Origin: Leptospira sp. | GTDB lineage: Bacteria; Spirochaetota; Leptospiria; Leptospirales; Leptospiraceae | Assembly (NCBI GenBank): GCA_034439575.1 | Contig: JAWXAQ010000005.1 | Coordinates: 83,108 to 147,107 of the forward strand | Direction: 5' to 3' | DNA length: 64,000 bases | Shown here: positions 50,264 to 61,472 of the stretch, in pieces | Numbering within the stretch: the first letter of the stretch is position 1 | Layout of the letters: every line of letters starts with the position of its first letter | The notes under the pieces: generated by a model | The model's input: the letters and a program-made list of their open reading frames with translations, nothing else | Database searches by the model: none | Told to the model about the DNA's origin: nothing | Made by a program: the position numbers and the translations under genes

Positions 50264-52426
50264 GTGCATCGATCAGAGTTTTTATCATTTATTTGGCTAA
50301 TTCCACCTTTTGTTTGTTTGGTGGGGTTAGCATTACCGCTACATCAAAATGACTTAAATAAAAAAATATCACTTAACATAAGATCCGCAGATAAAAAACA
50401 ATTTGGAAAAGGATTAAATGGGAATGGTGCTAATCAAGAATGGAAAAAACTTAGTGAATTTCCATACTATTTAAAAGAGATAATTATTCTGGCAGAAGAT
50501 AAGCGTTTTATTTACCATAATGGTATAGATCCGATTGCTATTGGGCATAGCATATATACAGGTATTTTCACAAAACAAAAGTTTAGAGGTGCATCAACTA
50601 TAACACAACAATTAGTTCGTTCAATAAATCCTGATATACTATCTTTACCTTTTCCAATTAGAAAAATAATTGAAATAGCTCTAGCATTAAAATATTCAAT
50701 GTGGATTAACAAAGATCAAATTTTGGAATCTTATTTAAATACAATTTCAATACATTCAAATTACGATGGTTTTCCAGCTGCCGCAAAAAGATATTTTAAG
50801 AAAGATATTCGTTTTTTATCAATACAAGAAAGTATTGCCTTAATTGTTCTTATACGATCGAACTCACCGCCTATATCAAAATTTAAGGAAAGATGTATTT
50901 CTCTTCGAGATAAATTCGATAAATCAATAGTAATGGATTTAGATTATTTAACTAATTCCCTAGAGCTAAACGGAAATACTGAAACTATAGAAAATTCAGT
51001 CTCGTCCGAAAATTTGCATTTCGAAAGATGGATTCGAACATTATATCCTGATCAAAAAGGCATTTTAAATACACATTTATCTTCAAATACCAATCATCAT
51101 ATACATAAAATTGTATTATCGGAATTGGAATCTTTAAAAAAATATAATGCGACAAATGCAGCCGTCATAGTTTTAAAATTATCAAAGGGCAATGAACCAC
51201 TCAAATTGATTAGTATGATTGGCTCAAAAAACTTTTTTGAAGAAAATTCTGGCCAAGTAAATGGAACCTTAGCATATCGTGACGCTGGAAGCACTCTGAA
51301 ACCATTGTTATATGGATTAGGTTTAGAAAAAAAAATTTTCACACCAAATTCTATTTTTCACGATGAAGAAAAATCATTCCAAATCAATCAATCAGGTGAG
51401 ATTTATTCACCAAGAAATGCAGATCTTCAATTTTGGGGAGATATGACACTTGCAGAAGCTCTAAGCAATTCAAGGAATATTCCTGCAGTTGATGCTCTTC
51501 AAAAGATTTCAATTACCGATTTTCATAAATTTCTTAGAATTATTGGATGGAATCATTTAAATCAAAACCCTGATAAATTCGGATTAGGCTTAGCATTAGG
51601 AACAGGAGGAACCACATTACTTCAGCTAACGTATGCTTATTCTAGTTATGCGATGAAAGGAAAATTGATTCCATTGGAAATTGGTACTATCGAAGGTATG
51701 CCAATCGCCATAGGTAAAGAAATAAAAATATTTTCGGATGAAACGGCCGAAGAAATAAGTTCTATATTAATGAATAACGAATTGAGAAAACGAGCTTTTG
51801 GGAACAGGAATTTTTTAGATTTTCCTTATCCTGTCGCCGTTAAAACTGGTACTTCAAAAGATTACAGGAATTCTTGGACTATTGGTTATACAAGCGGATA
51901 TGTCGTTGGAGTATGGGTAGGTAATTTCTCGGGAGAGAGATCAAATGAAGTATCCGGTACCTTTGGCGCAGGAAGAATATTTCACAGTGTTATGCGGTAT
52001 TTGATGGAGGATAATTCAGATAGAACATTTTCTTTTTCAAAACTACGCGAATATAAAATTTGTAGAAAAACTGGAAAATTAGCTAGTGAAAATTGCAATC
52101 ATTTAACAATACATATGCGAAACAACAATAAGTCTTTACCGATATGTAAAGATCATTTAGATAGTATCGAATCAGCTGAATTTATTTCTCCAATTGATGG
52201 ACAGATTTTTATTTATCATCCTTTTCTTAGAAAAGACACTCAATCTATTCCAATTCGAGTGAGAATTGCCAAAAATAAGAATGTTATAATCCTATGGAAT
52301 GAAAAAGAGACTTTGAAATTAAATTCGGATGGCCAAACAAAATTACCTTTGATTCAAGGAATTCATAATCTTACTCTAATAGCTGATAATCAAATTTTAC
52401 AAAATATACAAATCATTGTGAAATGA
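50264..52426 (+). CDS. pbpC: Penicillin-binding protein 1C
   Basis: Transglycosylase 'AEDKRFIYHNGID', 'GASTITQQL'; transpeptidase STLK, SRN, KTGT; adjacent to A2M. Confidence 0.9.
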   Translation: MHRSEFLSFIWLIPPFVCLVGLALPLHQNDLNKKISLNIRSADKKQFGKGLNGNGANQEWKKLSEFPYYLKEIIILAEDKRFIYHNGIDPIAIGHSIYTGIFTKQKFRGASTITQQLVRSINPDILSLPFPIRKIIEIALALKYSMWINKDQILESYLNTISIHSNYDGFPAAAKRYFKKDIRFLSIQESIALIVLIRSNSPPISKFKERCISLRDKFDKSIVMDLDYLTNSLELNGNTETIENSVSSENLHFERWIRTLYPDQKGILNTHLSSNTNHHIHKIVLSELESLKKYNATNAAVIVLKLSKGNEPLKLISMIGSKNFFEENSGQVNGTLAYRDAGSTLKPLLYGLGLEKKIFTPNSIFHDEEKSFQINQSGEIYSPRNADLQFWGDMTLAEALSNSRNIPAVDALQKISITDFHKFLRIIGWNHLNQNPDKFGLGLALGTGGTTLLQLTYAYSSYAMKGKLIPLEIGTIEGMPIAIGKEIKIFSDETAEEISSILMNNELRKRAFGNRNFLDFPYPVAVKTGTSKDYRNSWTIGYTSGYVVGVWVGNFSGERSNEVSGTFGAGRIFHSVMRYLMEDNSDRTFSFSKLREYKICRKTGKLASENCNHLTIHMRNNNKSLPICKDHLDSIESAEFISPIDGQIFIYHPFLRKDTQSIPIRVRIAKNKNVIILWNEKETLKLNSDGQTKLPLIQGIHNLTLIADNQILQNIQIIVK

Positions 52427-53991
52427 AAAACAAAAAGACCTTCTATTTTTATTTATTACTTTCGATTCTATTAATTTATATTTCTTCATCTTCATCCATT
52501 CTTTATTATTTAATAATATTTTCATCCTTATTGATTCTTTGGTTTTTTAAAAAATCAAATTCGTATTTTTTAATATTAATAAATTTTCTTATTTTTACTA
52601 TTTTATTTTGTCTGGCCCTCTACCAAAAAAAATACAATATCTCTATCAATTACTCTCTATTAATTTACTTTCTAGAAAATATTTTTTTTCTACGAGAGAA
52701 TCTTTTAGAATTTGTAATAGAGATTCCGCTAGGATTCAAAATTTCTTACATCTTTTTGTCCATTTCTATAATATGCCTAATCAAAAATCATTTTAAACTT
52801 GCTTTGGCTTTCTATTGTCTCATTTTAATTTTGGTATTTATTGCGCCTGACACTAATTATACATCAGCCAAAAGTAACAGAACTGAAACTCAGCTGACCG
52901 ATTCTTTACTATTTCCATACATTGGGAAGATAAGCAAACAAACGGATGTTATGATTTTTTTATTGGAAGGTGTTAGTGAATCTCATTTTACTAGCTCTGT
53001 AAACAATAATTTCAATAAAAAATATCCAAATTGGAAAATAGAAAATTTCTTTATATCAATGCCGCATAGCAGTAAAAGTATATATACTCTATTGACAGGC
53101 AAACTACAAATACACGAATCCCGCCCTAAAATTAATGACAATGATGCGAAATTTTCGCTTCCAAAACATTTTCAAAATTGGGGATATCAGACTTCTTTTT
53201 ATACATCACAACCATTAATAATCGAAAATCTTGAACAAATTTCCGAAACCTTTTTTATGGAAAGAGATGATCAAATTTCATTGAGTAAAAAATTTCCTTC
53301 TTTTTCATCATTTAGTTGGGGAATTGACGATGCTGTATTACTCGATCGAATTACTTTAGATTTAAATGTTAATAAGCCTCTCTTTTCTATATTATATTTT
53401 TCTAATACACATAGCCCTTATTTTGTTTCAGATCGTAATAGTTTTCTACTAGGAGACAAATCTGATTCCTTTTCTCGGTTCAAGGCGGCTCTAAATTATA
53501 ATTTTGAAATAATTGAACAAATTATTAACTTGGTCAAGAAAGAAAGAAATCGTGATACTTTGTTTATTATTATTTCTGATCATGGAGAAAGTTTTGGCGA
53601 AAGAAATTTTCATCATCACAACTATTCTCTATATGATTCTGAAACGAAAGTGCCAGCCATTTTTATTTATAATAAGGATTTAAAGCAAAGAATCTTTCAT
53701 AGTGGTGCTATGAAAGATTTTAAATTATCTTTATTATCTCTTTTTGAATCAAACAATTCAAATTCAAATTTCTTTACACTCGGATATAAACTGAAACTTC
53801 TATTAAAATCATGGAATTCTGATGCATATTTAGGTATAATTGAAGATGATAAAAAATTGATATTTCATAAAGAAAATAATCGATTATTTGAGTTAGACTT
53901 AATGGAATTTAATGAAAAAGAACTAACAGATAACAAAGATAAATTTAAATTTATGGATCAGTATACAAAATTATTAAATCAATTTCCATAA
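52423..53991 (+). CDS. Membrane-anchored sulfatase-like / LTA-synthase-family protein
   Basis: N-terminal TMs; 'IFLLEGV', 'SWGIDD', 'NTHSPY', 'ISDHGESFGE', 'VPAIF'. Confidence 0.8.
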   Translation: MKNKKTFYFYLLLSILLIYISSSSSILYYLIIFSSLLILWFFKKSNSYFLILINFLIFTILFCLALYQKKYNISINYSLLIYFLENIFFLRENLLEFVIEIPLGFKISYIFLSISIICLIKNHFKLALAFYCLILILVFIAPDTNYTSAKSNRTETQLTDSLLFPYIGKISKQTDVMIFLLEGVSESHFTSSVNNNFNKKYPNWKIENFFISMPHSSKSIYTLLTGKLQIHESRPKINDNDAKFSLPKHFQNWGYQTSFYTSQPLIIENLEQISETFFMERDDQISLSKKFPSFSSFSWGIDDAVLLDRITLDLNVNKPLFSILYFSNTHSPYFVSDRNSFLLGDKSDSFSRFKAALNYNFEIIEQIINLVKKERNRDTLFIIISDHGESFGERNFHHHNYSLYDSETKVPAIFIYNKDLKQRIFHSGAMKDFKLSLLSLFESNNSNSNFFTLGYKLKLLLKSWNSDAYLGIIEDDKKLIFHKENNRLFELDLMEFNEKELTDNKDKFKFMDQYTKLLNQFP

Positions 53992-54418
53992 ATTAAAATT
54001 GGAATTTATTCTTTTCTTGGAACAACATCAATTTTTTATATCACTTCTGGATCATTTTCTGGAATCAACGATTTCAAAATATAATCGCAAAGCAGGCAGT
54101 AATTCTAGCTGCTTGGGGTTCTTCAGAAACTGTATTAAATTTAACTTCTTTACACTATTCAATTGTATCTGACTTCGAATCATCTTTACTATGTTTGACT
54201 CCAGAATTTTTTATGGGAAATCCTGCTTCGCTATATGCCCTGTAAATATTTCAATCGAGCCTGAATTTAATATTTTTGATTTCATTGTGATATTTAATAA
54301 TCGACAGAGATTTATTTGGCCAGTATCTTTGATAGAATTCCTATTTTAATGTTCTCCATATCATGAATCATTTTATTCAAACACATTGAACTATAAGAAA
54401 AAACTGGAGTGCATACTC

Positions 54419-55948
54419 ATGAGTAATCTTTCTGAAGAAAAAAAAGAAATATTTAAATCATTAGAAAAACGCGCTAAAGATGCCAAATCAATCGAAGATA
54501 AAATATTTATAGGAATTGAAATTGCAAAATTTTATTTGAAAGAGAATAAGATTAATTCACAACCAAATAGTTTTCATAATAAATTAAATACACTGGAATT
54601 AGACGAATTCATTTTTCTATCAAATAAGAAATTCCTAGGATATTTATATTCTAAGAATCCTAACTTTGTTTCGAAGATTCTAAGTACTTCTTGCTACGAA
54701 GAAAATTTTACTCCCAAAATAGCATCTGTCCAAATAGATTTGCTAGAAGAAATTTTTTTGCATGGAAATATAACCGATTTCACAAAACTATTTGAAATAT
54801 TTAAAACACATTATGAAAATCAATTTGAAAAGAATATTGCCTTCAGAGAGGAGAAGTTATTAGAAAAATTTTTAAAACTTTTGATACTTACTGGCTTTGA
54901 AAAATATATAGCGTCTACACATAAGCTATTTAATAAACATACTTTAAATAAAAATTTATATATATTTCTGCTCGCTAAATCAAACGCATTGATTTCATGC
55001 GGAAAAAATAAAGAAGCAGTAGATTGTATGAGAGAATTAATTCCGTTCATAAATAAAGATCCATATTTACTTAGGGAGACTGCAGTTCGATTTAAAAAAC
55101 TAAATCAAATAGAAAACGTGGAATCTTACTTAAAATTTTCCATTCTTTTTTCAAAAAATAACAAAGATTATGATAACTATAATCTTTCTTTAGCAGAGTT
55201 ATTATTATGGAGCGGAAATATAAATGTATTAGAAAAAGAAAATCTATCTTTAGATTTTGGGATTTCAAAACTAGAAACCTTTTTTCATGTTGCAAATGCT
55301 CTCCATAATCTCGGCGAAAAAAACACTTATTTTAAGTTCATCGATCAAAGTTTAGTAGAAATAGAAAATACGATTCAGAATTATAAGGAAATGTATTTCG
55401 AATCTGATATTAGTTTCGATTATTACGGATCCGTTTCGAAAGCAAAATCTTTGTCAAGCGTAGTCATATCTTCCCTATTAGAGAATGGATACATAAAACA
55501 AGGATTAGAATTATATGCGGAAAATCCAGATTTAATGATTAAAATCAACATAAGCTCAAACAGTATCTGGAATTTTTTAGATTATATTTATACGAATTTA
55601 AATTTACCAGTAAATTTATACTTTGTTTCTATCTTTACGCTTCTCGATTATCCTGAAAAATTTGTAGAATATCTTTCATTTACCATAATTCAAACGCGAA
55701 GCAACTCTAAAATATTGACTGACTGTTTTATATTATATGGTATTTATCTTAAGTTAACGGATGAAAGCCCCTCGGTTCTAGAAAAAATAAATTCTATCAT
55801 CCCATATTCAGATCCTGGCGATTCCATAAATACTGATTCAAATGATATTTTTTTTAACGATTTGACATCCCCTAATGATAAAAATTCCAGATCGGACCAC
55901 TTAACAGCGGAAAGAATAAGTGAAATTCTCGGAGGAGAATTACCTTAA
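54419..55948 (+). CDS. Hypothetical helical (possibly TPR-like) protein
   Basis: Long ORF with GGAG RBS in very AT-rich DNA; no clear motif. Confidence 0.7.
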   Translation: MSNLSEEKKEIFKSLEKRAKDAKSIEDKIFIGIEIAKFYLKENKINSQPNSFHNKLNTLELDEFIFLSNKKFLGYLYSKNPNFVSKILSTSCYEENFTPKIASVQIDLLEEIFLHGNITDFTKLFEIFKTHYENQFEKNIAFREEKLLEKFLKLLILTGFEKYIASTHKLFNKHTLNKNLYIFLLAKSNALISCGKNKEAVDCMRELIPFINKDPYLLRETAVRFKKLNQIENVESYLKFSILFSKNNKDYDNYNLSLAELLLWSGNINVLEKENLSLDFGISKLETFFHVANALHNLGEKNTYFKFIDQSLVEIENTIQNYKEMYFESDISFDYYGSVSKAKSLSSVVISSLLENGYIKQGLELYAENPDLMIKINISSNSIWNFLDYIYTNLNLPVNLYFVSIFTLLDYPEKFVEYLSFTIIQTRSNSKILTDCFILYGIYLKLTDESPSVLEKINSIIPYSDPGDSINTDSNDIFFNDLTSPNDKNSRSDHLTAERISEILGGELP

Positions 55949-56250
55949 ATTTTGTAATCTTCAAACTTACTTCTAATTTCTTCCGAATACATTATTCTGC
56001 TCTTTTCTTATTTAGAATTAATTAACTACAGACAAGGATTATAACGATTTCTTTTAATGTAAGAAATTTCATAGAACTTTGGAAATGAATATTGTCTAGC
56101 TTAGCGTTCATATTTAAACTATTAACATATCTCTTATATATTTTTATAAAACTACGAACTAACTAACAGAAAATTTTTAACTAACTAAATATAGGTTTTA
56201 AAGATTACATTTTTGTGATAAGGAGAAAACCAGCACCGCCCACGAGCCAC

Positions 56251-56278
56251 ACCCCTCCACCCTAACTCGGGTGGGGGT
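56251..56278. repeat. GC-rich REP-like hairpin
   Basis: ACCCCTCCACCC-TAACTC-GGGTGGGGGT in AT-rich intergenic DNA, just before repeat copy 1. Confidence 0.5.
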
Positions 56279-56328
56279 TCGATCAATTATCGGCCTTATT
56301 ATGTCTCATCAAATCTCCCCTTCCATAG

Positions 56329-56488
56329 AAACAAAAAAAGCCCCACTGTTTAGGTGAGGCTTTTCTTTCTTTAACCATTTAACTGGCATTTGTCTTTGGT
56401 TGTTTCCCAACCGATTCCCGAGCTTTTCGAAGGACATTTACAATATACATCGTAACTTGACATGCCAAGATTCATTTATAAAAGGAGG
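56329..56488 (-). repeat. Structured intergenic element, copy 1 (27-nt internal deletion)
   Basis: Shares AAAAGCCCCACTGTTTAGGTGAGGCTTT...TTTAACCAT...CATTTACAATA...TTATAAAAGGAG with copy 3 and, more degenerately, copy 2. Confidence 0.9.
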
Positions 56489-57460
56489 ATTCAACTTATC
56501 CCACGGCAAACAACGGCTAATTCGAAATTGCCCTCCCTATGGCAAAGAAAAATACTTATATTTTTTCAGACGCTATCATCAATGAATTAGATTATCATCT
56601 TAGAATTATCTTTTTCTAAATTCCAATTTTTGGAAAAATTATACTTCACTTCAAACCTTACTCCGATAATTCCCATTTCTAAATCCTCCAAAAGGACAAA
56701 GCGTACGTCAGCTCCTACTTATTTCTTATGAATCTGAACATAAATTGATTTGGCAAAAACATTTCAGACCATTTATTTCTTGTTATTCGAAAAAATTAGA
56801 AAAGAAATTGTCCAATGCCCCTTTAAAGAAGCTCATAATATTATCAATACATTAAATTCGGATTATTCCAAATCAGTCAAATCCAGAAAGTGGATTCTAA
56901 TTAACTTGCATCAAATCTTCGTTTCACGTAAGGTTCCTCTCGCCTTTCCAGTTTGAAAAATGGCAATTAAATTTGAGGACATCTATTCCTTACAAGCATC
57001 AAAAAAAGGACTTAAAAAAAATTGTTAGTCGGCTATTTTACTAAAACCGACCCCGAAATCTTGTTTTAACATTTTATGAAAACTTATCTTTCTAACATTT
57101 TCGCCAGAACCGAGGCCCATGCCAAAAAAAACAAATCCTTCGGTCACGATTTATTATGTCACATTTTTTATGATTTTTTCCCGAAAAGTATAATCCCCTC
57201 TTAGCTGATTTACCCACTAATCGGGGGAATCCGTCCCAAAGAAGAGGAATCAATCCTGAGTTTGGCGGGTCAATTTCATCAAAAGACGAAGCCGTTTTCT
57301 ATGTGGCCAAAAGAGTCATTGAGCGTTTCTTAGGCGAAAAAAATGCGAAAATTTCATAGACTGAACCTGAATAATTTTTGTGCATTATGCGAAAATTTGC
57401 TTTAAATAATAATAGGAAGTTAACAATCGTTGCATAATCGAAAATAATAGGAAAAATATT

Positions 57461-60400
57461 ATGCTAATTAGAATTTTTTCGCTTTCTCTTGTATTCTTGA
57501 ATTTTCTTTCTTGCTTTGCCTTTTTGGACACAAAGGGATTTACAACTAAATCAGGAAAAGGATTTACCAGTGCTCTTGCGACCATGTTAGGAGCTGTTTC
57601 ATCAACTTCTTCGGGATTGGAAAATTCTGTCGATAGCACACCGGCGGGTTCAGGGGAAGTATCAACTTCCGGTGCAAGCCTCCGATCAACAGATGGTAAT
57701 TTGACTATTGATTTTCCCGAAGGTGCAGTAACAGAGAATATCGAATTCACCATCAGTAAATATACACAAGAAGATTCTGTGTATCCAGGCGCGTATGTGC
57801 CTACAAGCAGTGGTTATATTTTATCGCCCTCATATCATTTTAAAAAGCCTGTTACAGTCACAATGGCCCTCGATACCACGAAAATACAGGCTTTGAATCT
57901 TATTAAAGGAAATTCATTGGGTTTCTCTTATAGCCAAACGAGTGCCGAGGCAAATGCAGGAAAATTCCCTAGCTGGAGTATGCATAATACTACTGTTAGT
58001 GGAGACAAAGTAGTATTTACAACAGACACATTTTCGATTTTTGGTCTAGGCACACCACCGGCAGGCAATAGACCGCCTGTAAATTTAGGAGCCTTTTATC
58101 ATTTTAAACCAGGATGCAGTTATCTGCCTTATATGTTACGCACACAGGTATTTGATCCAGACGGTGATCCAATTGAAGTATATTTGATCACAGGTCCAAA
58201 AAACGGTGGTTCTATGGCGATTCGTATGACTAGAGAAGGAAGTACGAATTGGTACAATGCGCTCATACCTTATGAAGCGATGAAGCAAGTTGGAATCAAT
58301 ATGCAGATTTCAGTTCGGGACAGTTATGGAAATAACTCCCTTATACCGGGTTCAAATGTTTTTACGTATCCAGAAAGTTCAGGTATATCTACATTTATCA
58401 ACGATTACGACACAGACGTAGACAATGATGGTATTCTCTGTGCCTGGGAAAGAGACCACGGTAGATCAGATACTACTCCTTCCGATGTCGTTGCGGATAA
58501 TGATAGTGATGGAATTCCCAATACGGATGATCATACACCAAATGGTGAATCCAATCCTCAGATCGACTCCTTAGCCATTTTTCCTTCAGAAGTGACTATG
58601 GATTTAGGTGAAAACGCATTGTTTGGTGTCATGGCAAGTTATCTTGGTAATCCTCGCTTTGTGAATGCCTCAATTTCGGCGAATGGAATCGGCTTAAATG
58701 GAAATAACGTTGGAACGATGACTCGGAATATTTTTACTCCATCCGTTCCCGGTGCGGCGGCGGTGACAGCCAGTGTAAATGGTTTGAATGCTGTTGCTAC
58801 TGCGATTGTGCGTGATTCGCTTGGACCGAACGATATACTTGATTTAAGTGCATTCTCGATTTCCCAAAACAAAATTCGTTTAGAGTGGTCGGCTCCAGGA
58901 GATGATGGAATTTCTGGAAAAGCTACAGGATATCTGATTTTTAGATCTACTTCGCCAATAACAAATCATGCGACTTGTGCAGGTGCCCAGATTACTCATA
59001 ATCTAGTGCCAAAGACTGCCGGTGTTCGTGAAGCATTGGATGTTGCAGGATTAGTTCCCAACACGAACTATTACTTTTGTGTGATAGCAATGGATGACTC
59101 TGGTAATTTTAATCGATGGAACGGAGGTTCGGTGCTAGCAAGAACCTGGACATCTCCTGATCTTAGCGCTCCAAATGATATTAACAATCTAGTCGCTGTT
59201 CCATTGGGTATCGATAGGATTCAGCTAAATTGGACTGCAGTCGGAGATGATGCAAATGTAGGAATGGCATCAAATTATGAAATTCATCGTAGCACAAGTC
59301 CCATCACTCACTTGAATAGCTGTATTTCTTCAGTTGAAGTTCCTAATGCGATCTCACCTGCAGCCGTTGGAACCAATTTGAGTCTCATTGTATCCAATTT
59401 GTCTGACAACACACAATACTATTTTTGTGCACTTGCGGTAGACGATGTAGGTAATTATAGCAATTGGACTTCAAATGTTTCGGCTACAACTCTTCGTGCC
59501 AATCTTCCTCCTACAGCGGTAATGAATATTTACCAATTAGATTGGGGAAAAGGAGACGCCATTCAACTTAGAGCATTAGTTTCTGATGCTGATGGTATAG
59601 CGTGTAATGCAAACGTCGGAAATTACCAATATGAATGGTCAGTGGTATCAAAACCTACGAATTCAAATTTAACAAATTCGAGCATAACTAATCAAACTTC
59701 TTTAGCGGCAAGTGTTACTCCTGATAAAATCGGAAAATACACATTTCAGATAAAATTTACTGATGATGCTGGTAGCTGTGGGGGCGGTGCGAAGAATGCA
59801 ATCGCAACGATAGTATTAAGTGTCGTTCCGAAATTTGCTTGGGTAAAATCAATCACAACTGGTATGTATGGATCTTATTTTTCGTCCGTTGCTACCGATG
59901 CGGCTGGAAATATCTATGCCGCTGGTATACAAAGGGGTATAGATAATTATTCTTATGGCCCTGGAGTTTCGGCTACTTCCACTTCCAATGATATCAATGC
60001 CGTATTAGTAAAATATGATCCATCCGGCAATGCACTTTGGGCTAGGGCAATCAGCAATGGAACAGAGTATTCCAATTATTCGGGTGTCGCGGTTGATGCC
60101 AATGGGAATGTCTATGTTGCGGGTGGACAAGGCGGTAGAGGCACATTTCATTACGGATCTGGCGTCTTTTTAACAGGTGTTACAATAGGTTGGAATCCCA
60201 CTTTGGTTAAGTTCGATTCAAATGGGAACGCACTCTGGGCAAAAGGTCTCGTCTCATCTAACGGAAGTGATTCAGCTTTTCAAACTATAAAAATCGACAA
60301 CCAAGGAAATGTCTATGTGGCTGGGCTTGAAGGTGCAGGTTATTTTGACTATGGAAATGGAAGTTCGGTTACTGCCTCAGCTGGACAAAACCTAGTTATA

Positions 60401-61216
60401 GTAAAGTATGATTCAAATGGAAATGCGATATGGGCTAGAACTAGTTCATCGTCAATTAGTACAGGAGCTAAGGGACTGGCAATAGATGCAAATGGCGATG
60501 TCATAGTAATAGGAAGGCAGTATGGCCTTGGTTCTGCTCAATATGGCAACGTTTCTTTAACTAGCGCCTCAAGAGGAGAAAATCCTACCTTACTGAAATA
60601 TAACTCCTTTGGTAATGCCTTATGGGGTAGTACAATATTTTCCGCATCTAACAACGGTTCAGGAGCTGGTTCAGCTTTCAATGCAATTTCAGTGGATATC
60701 TCAGGCTATATCTACGTTGCAGGCTATCAATTACCAAATGATTCTATTAATTATGGAGGTAGTGGTGTAGTTATAAACACTGGAACAAATATGCTTGGTT
60801 TTGTATTGAGTTATGGCTCAAATGGAATAGCACGATGGTCGAAAATTCCAACCATCAATGGGACTTCTACTGGACATGAATTATATGGAATTCAGTCTGA
60901 TATAAACGGAAATATATACGTTAGTGGTTATCAAGGTGGGTCCGCTACATATGATTATGGAAATGGTGTCAATTTCACTTTAGCAACAAACATTGGTTAT
61001 CCAATCATTTTAAAATTGAGTTCGACAGGATTTCCTCAATGGATAAAAAGTATTCATTCTGGAGATGGCGGAGGATTCAGAGGGATTACCTTAGATCAGA
61101 ATAATTCTATTATTTTGGCAGGGTCGAAAGGTAGAAATGTTTTCTATGAAAACAATCTCCAAGTAATAAGTCTTACTGGTTCTGATTCAGTCATAACGAA
61201 AATAAGCCAAGATTAA
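57461..61216 (+). CDS. Large surface lipoprotein: ZU5-like, Ca-binding DxDxDG, Ig-like, two FN3, PKD-like and beta-propeller (SBBP-like) regions
   Basis: Lipobox-like 'LNFLSC'; 'DVDNDG', 'DNDSDG'; FN3 'LEWSAPGDDG...L.PNTNYYF' twice; repeated 'VAVDANGNVYVAG...VKYDSNGNA.W'. Confidence 0.85.
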   Translation: MLIRIFSLSLVFLNFLSCFAFLDTKGFTTKSGKGFTSALATMLGAVSSTSSGLENSVDSTPAGSGEVSTSGASLRSTDGNLTIDFPEGAVTENIEFTISKYTQEDSVYPGAYVPTSSGYILSPSYHFKKPVTVTMALDTTKIQALNLIKGNSLGFSYSQTSAEANAGKFPSWSMHNTTVSGDKVVFTTDTFSIFGLGTPPAGNRPPVNLGAFYHFKPGCSYLPYMLRTQVFDPDGDPIEVYLITGPKNGGSMAIRMTREGSTNWYNALIPYEAMKQVGINMQISVRDSYGNNSLIPGSNVFTYPESSGISTFINDYDTDVDNDGILCAWERDHGRSDTTPSDVVADNDSDGIPNTDDHTPNGESNPQIDSLAIFPSEVTMDLGENALFGVMASYLGNPRFVNASISANGIGLNGNNVGTMTRNIFTPSVPGAAAVTASVNGLNAVATAIVRDSLGPNDILDLSAFSISQNKIRLEWSAPGDDGISGKATGYLIFRSTSPITNHATCAGAQITHNLVPKTAGVREALDVAGLVPNTNYYFCVIAMDDSGNFNRWNGGSVLARTWTSPDLSAPNDINNLVAVPLGIDRIQLNWTAVGDDANVGMASNYEIHRSTSPITHLNSCISSVEVPNAISPAAVGTNLSLIVSNLSDNTQYYFCALAVDDVGNYSNWTSNVSATTLRANLPPTAVMNIYQLDWGKGDAIQLRALVSDADGIACNANVGNYQYEWSVVSKPTNSNLTNSSITNQTSLAASVTPDKIGKYTFQIKFTDDAGSCGGGAKNAIATIVLSVVPKFAWVKSITTGMYGSYFSSVATDAAGNIYAAGIQRGIDNYSYGPGVSATSTSNDINAVLVKYDPSGNALWARAISNGTEYSNYSGVAVDANGNVYVAGGQGGRGTFHYGSGVFLTGVTIGWNPTLVKFDSNGNALWAKGLVSSNGSDSAFQTIKIDNQGNVYVAGLEGAGYFDYGNGSSVTASAGQNLVIVKYDSNGNAIWARTSSSSISTGAKGLAIDANGDVIVIGRQYGLGSAQYGNVSLTSASRGENPTLLKYNSFGNALWGSTIFSASNNGSGAGSAFNAISVDISGYIYVAGYQLPNDSINYGGSGVVINTGTNMLGFVLSYGSNGIARWSKIPTINGTSTGHELYGIQSDINGNIYVSGYQGGSATYDYGNGVNFTLATNIGYPIILKLSSTGFPQWIKSIHSGDGGGFRGITLDQNNSIILAGSKGRNVFYENNLQVISLTGSDSVITKISQD

Positions 61217-61232
61217 AGATTTTTACCCTACC

Positions 61233-61271
61233 AAAGAGTCACTTCTTCGAAAGAAAGGGAGTGACTCTTTT
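61233..61271 (+). terminator. Intrinsic terminator after the lipoprotein gene
   Basis: AAAGAGTCACTTCTT...AAGGGAGTGACTCTTTT, 17 nt after the stop. Confidence 0.85.
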
Positions 61272-61472
61272 ATTGAATTTCTTCTGTGATTTCAGAATAC
61301 CTAAATGATTCCAATTCAATTGTAATAAAAGTTCTCCGTTATCTGACACAAAAGGAAGCGGATTGAGATGATGATAAAATTCAAAAGTGTAACCCGCTTA
61401 CTAACATGATATACGATCGAAATGACCGTTATTGCTATTCCTTCCCCCCTCCCCCATCTCAAAACTCACTAG

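Noticed and set aside
54000-54300. Minus-strand coding-like remnant
   Set aside because: Multiple stops and no recognisable family, so no call can be supported.
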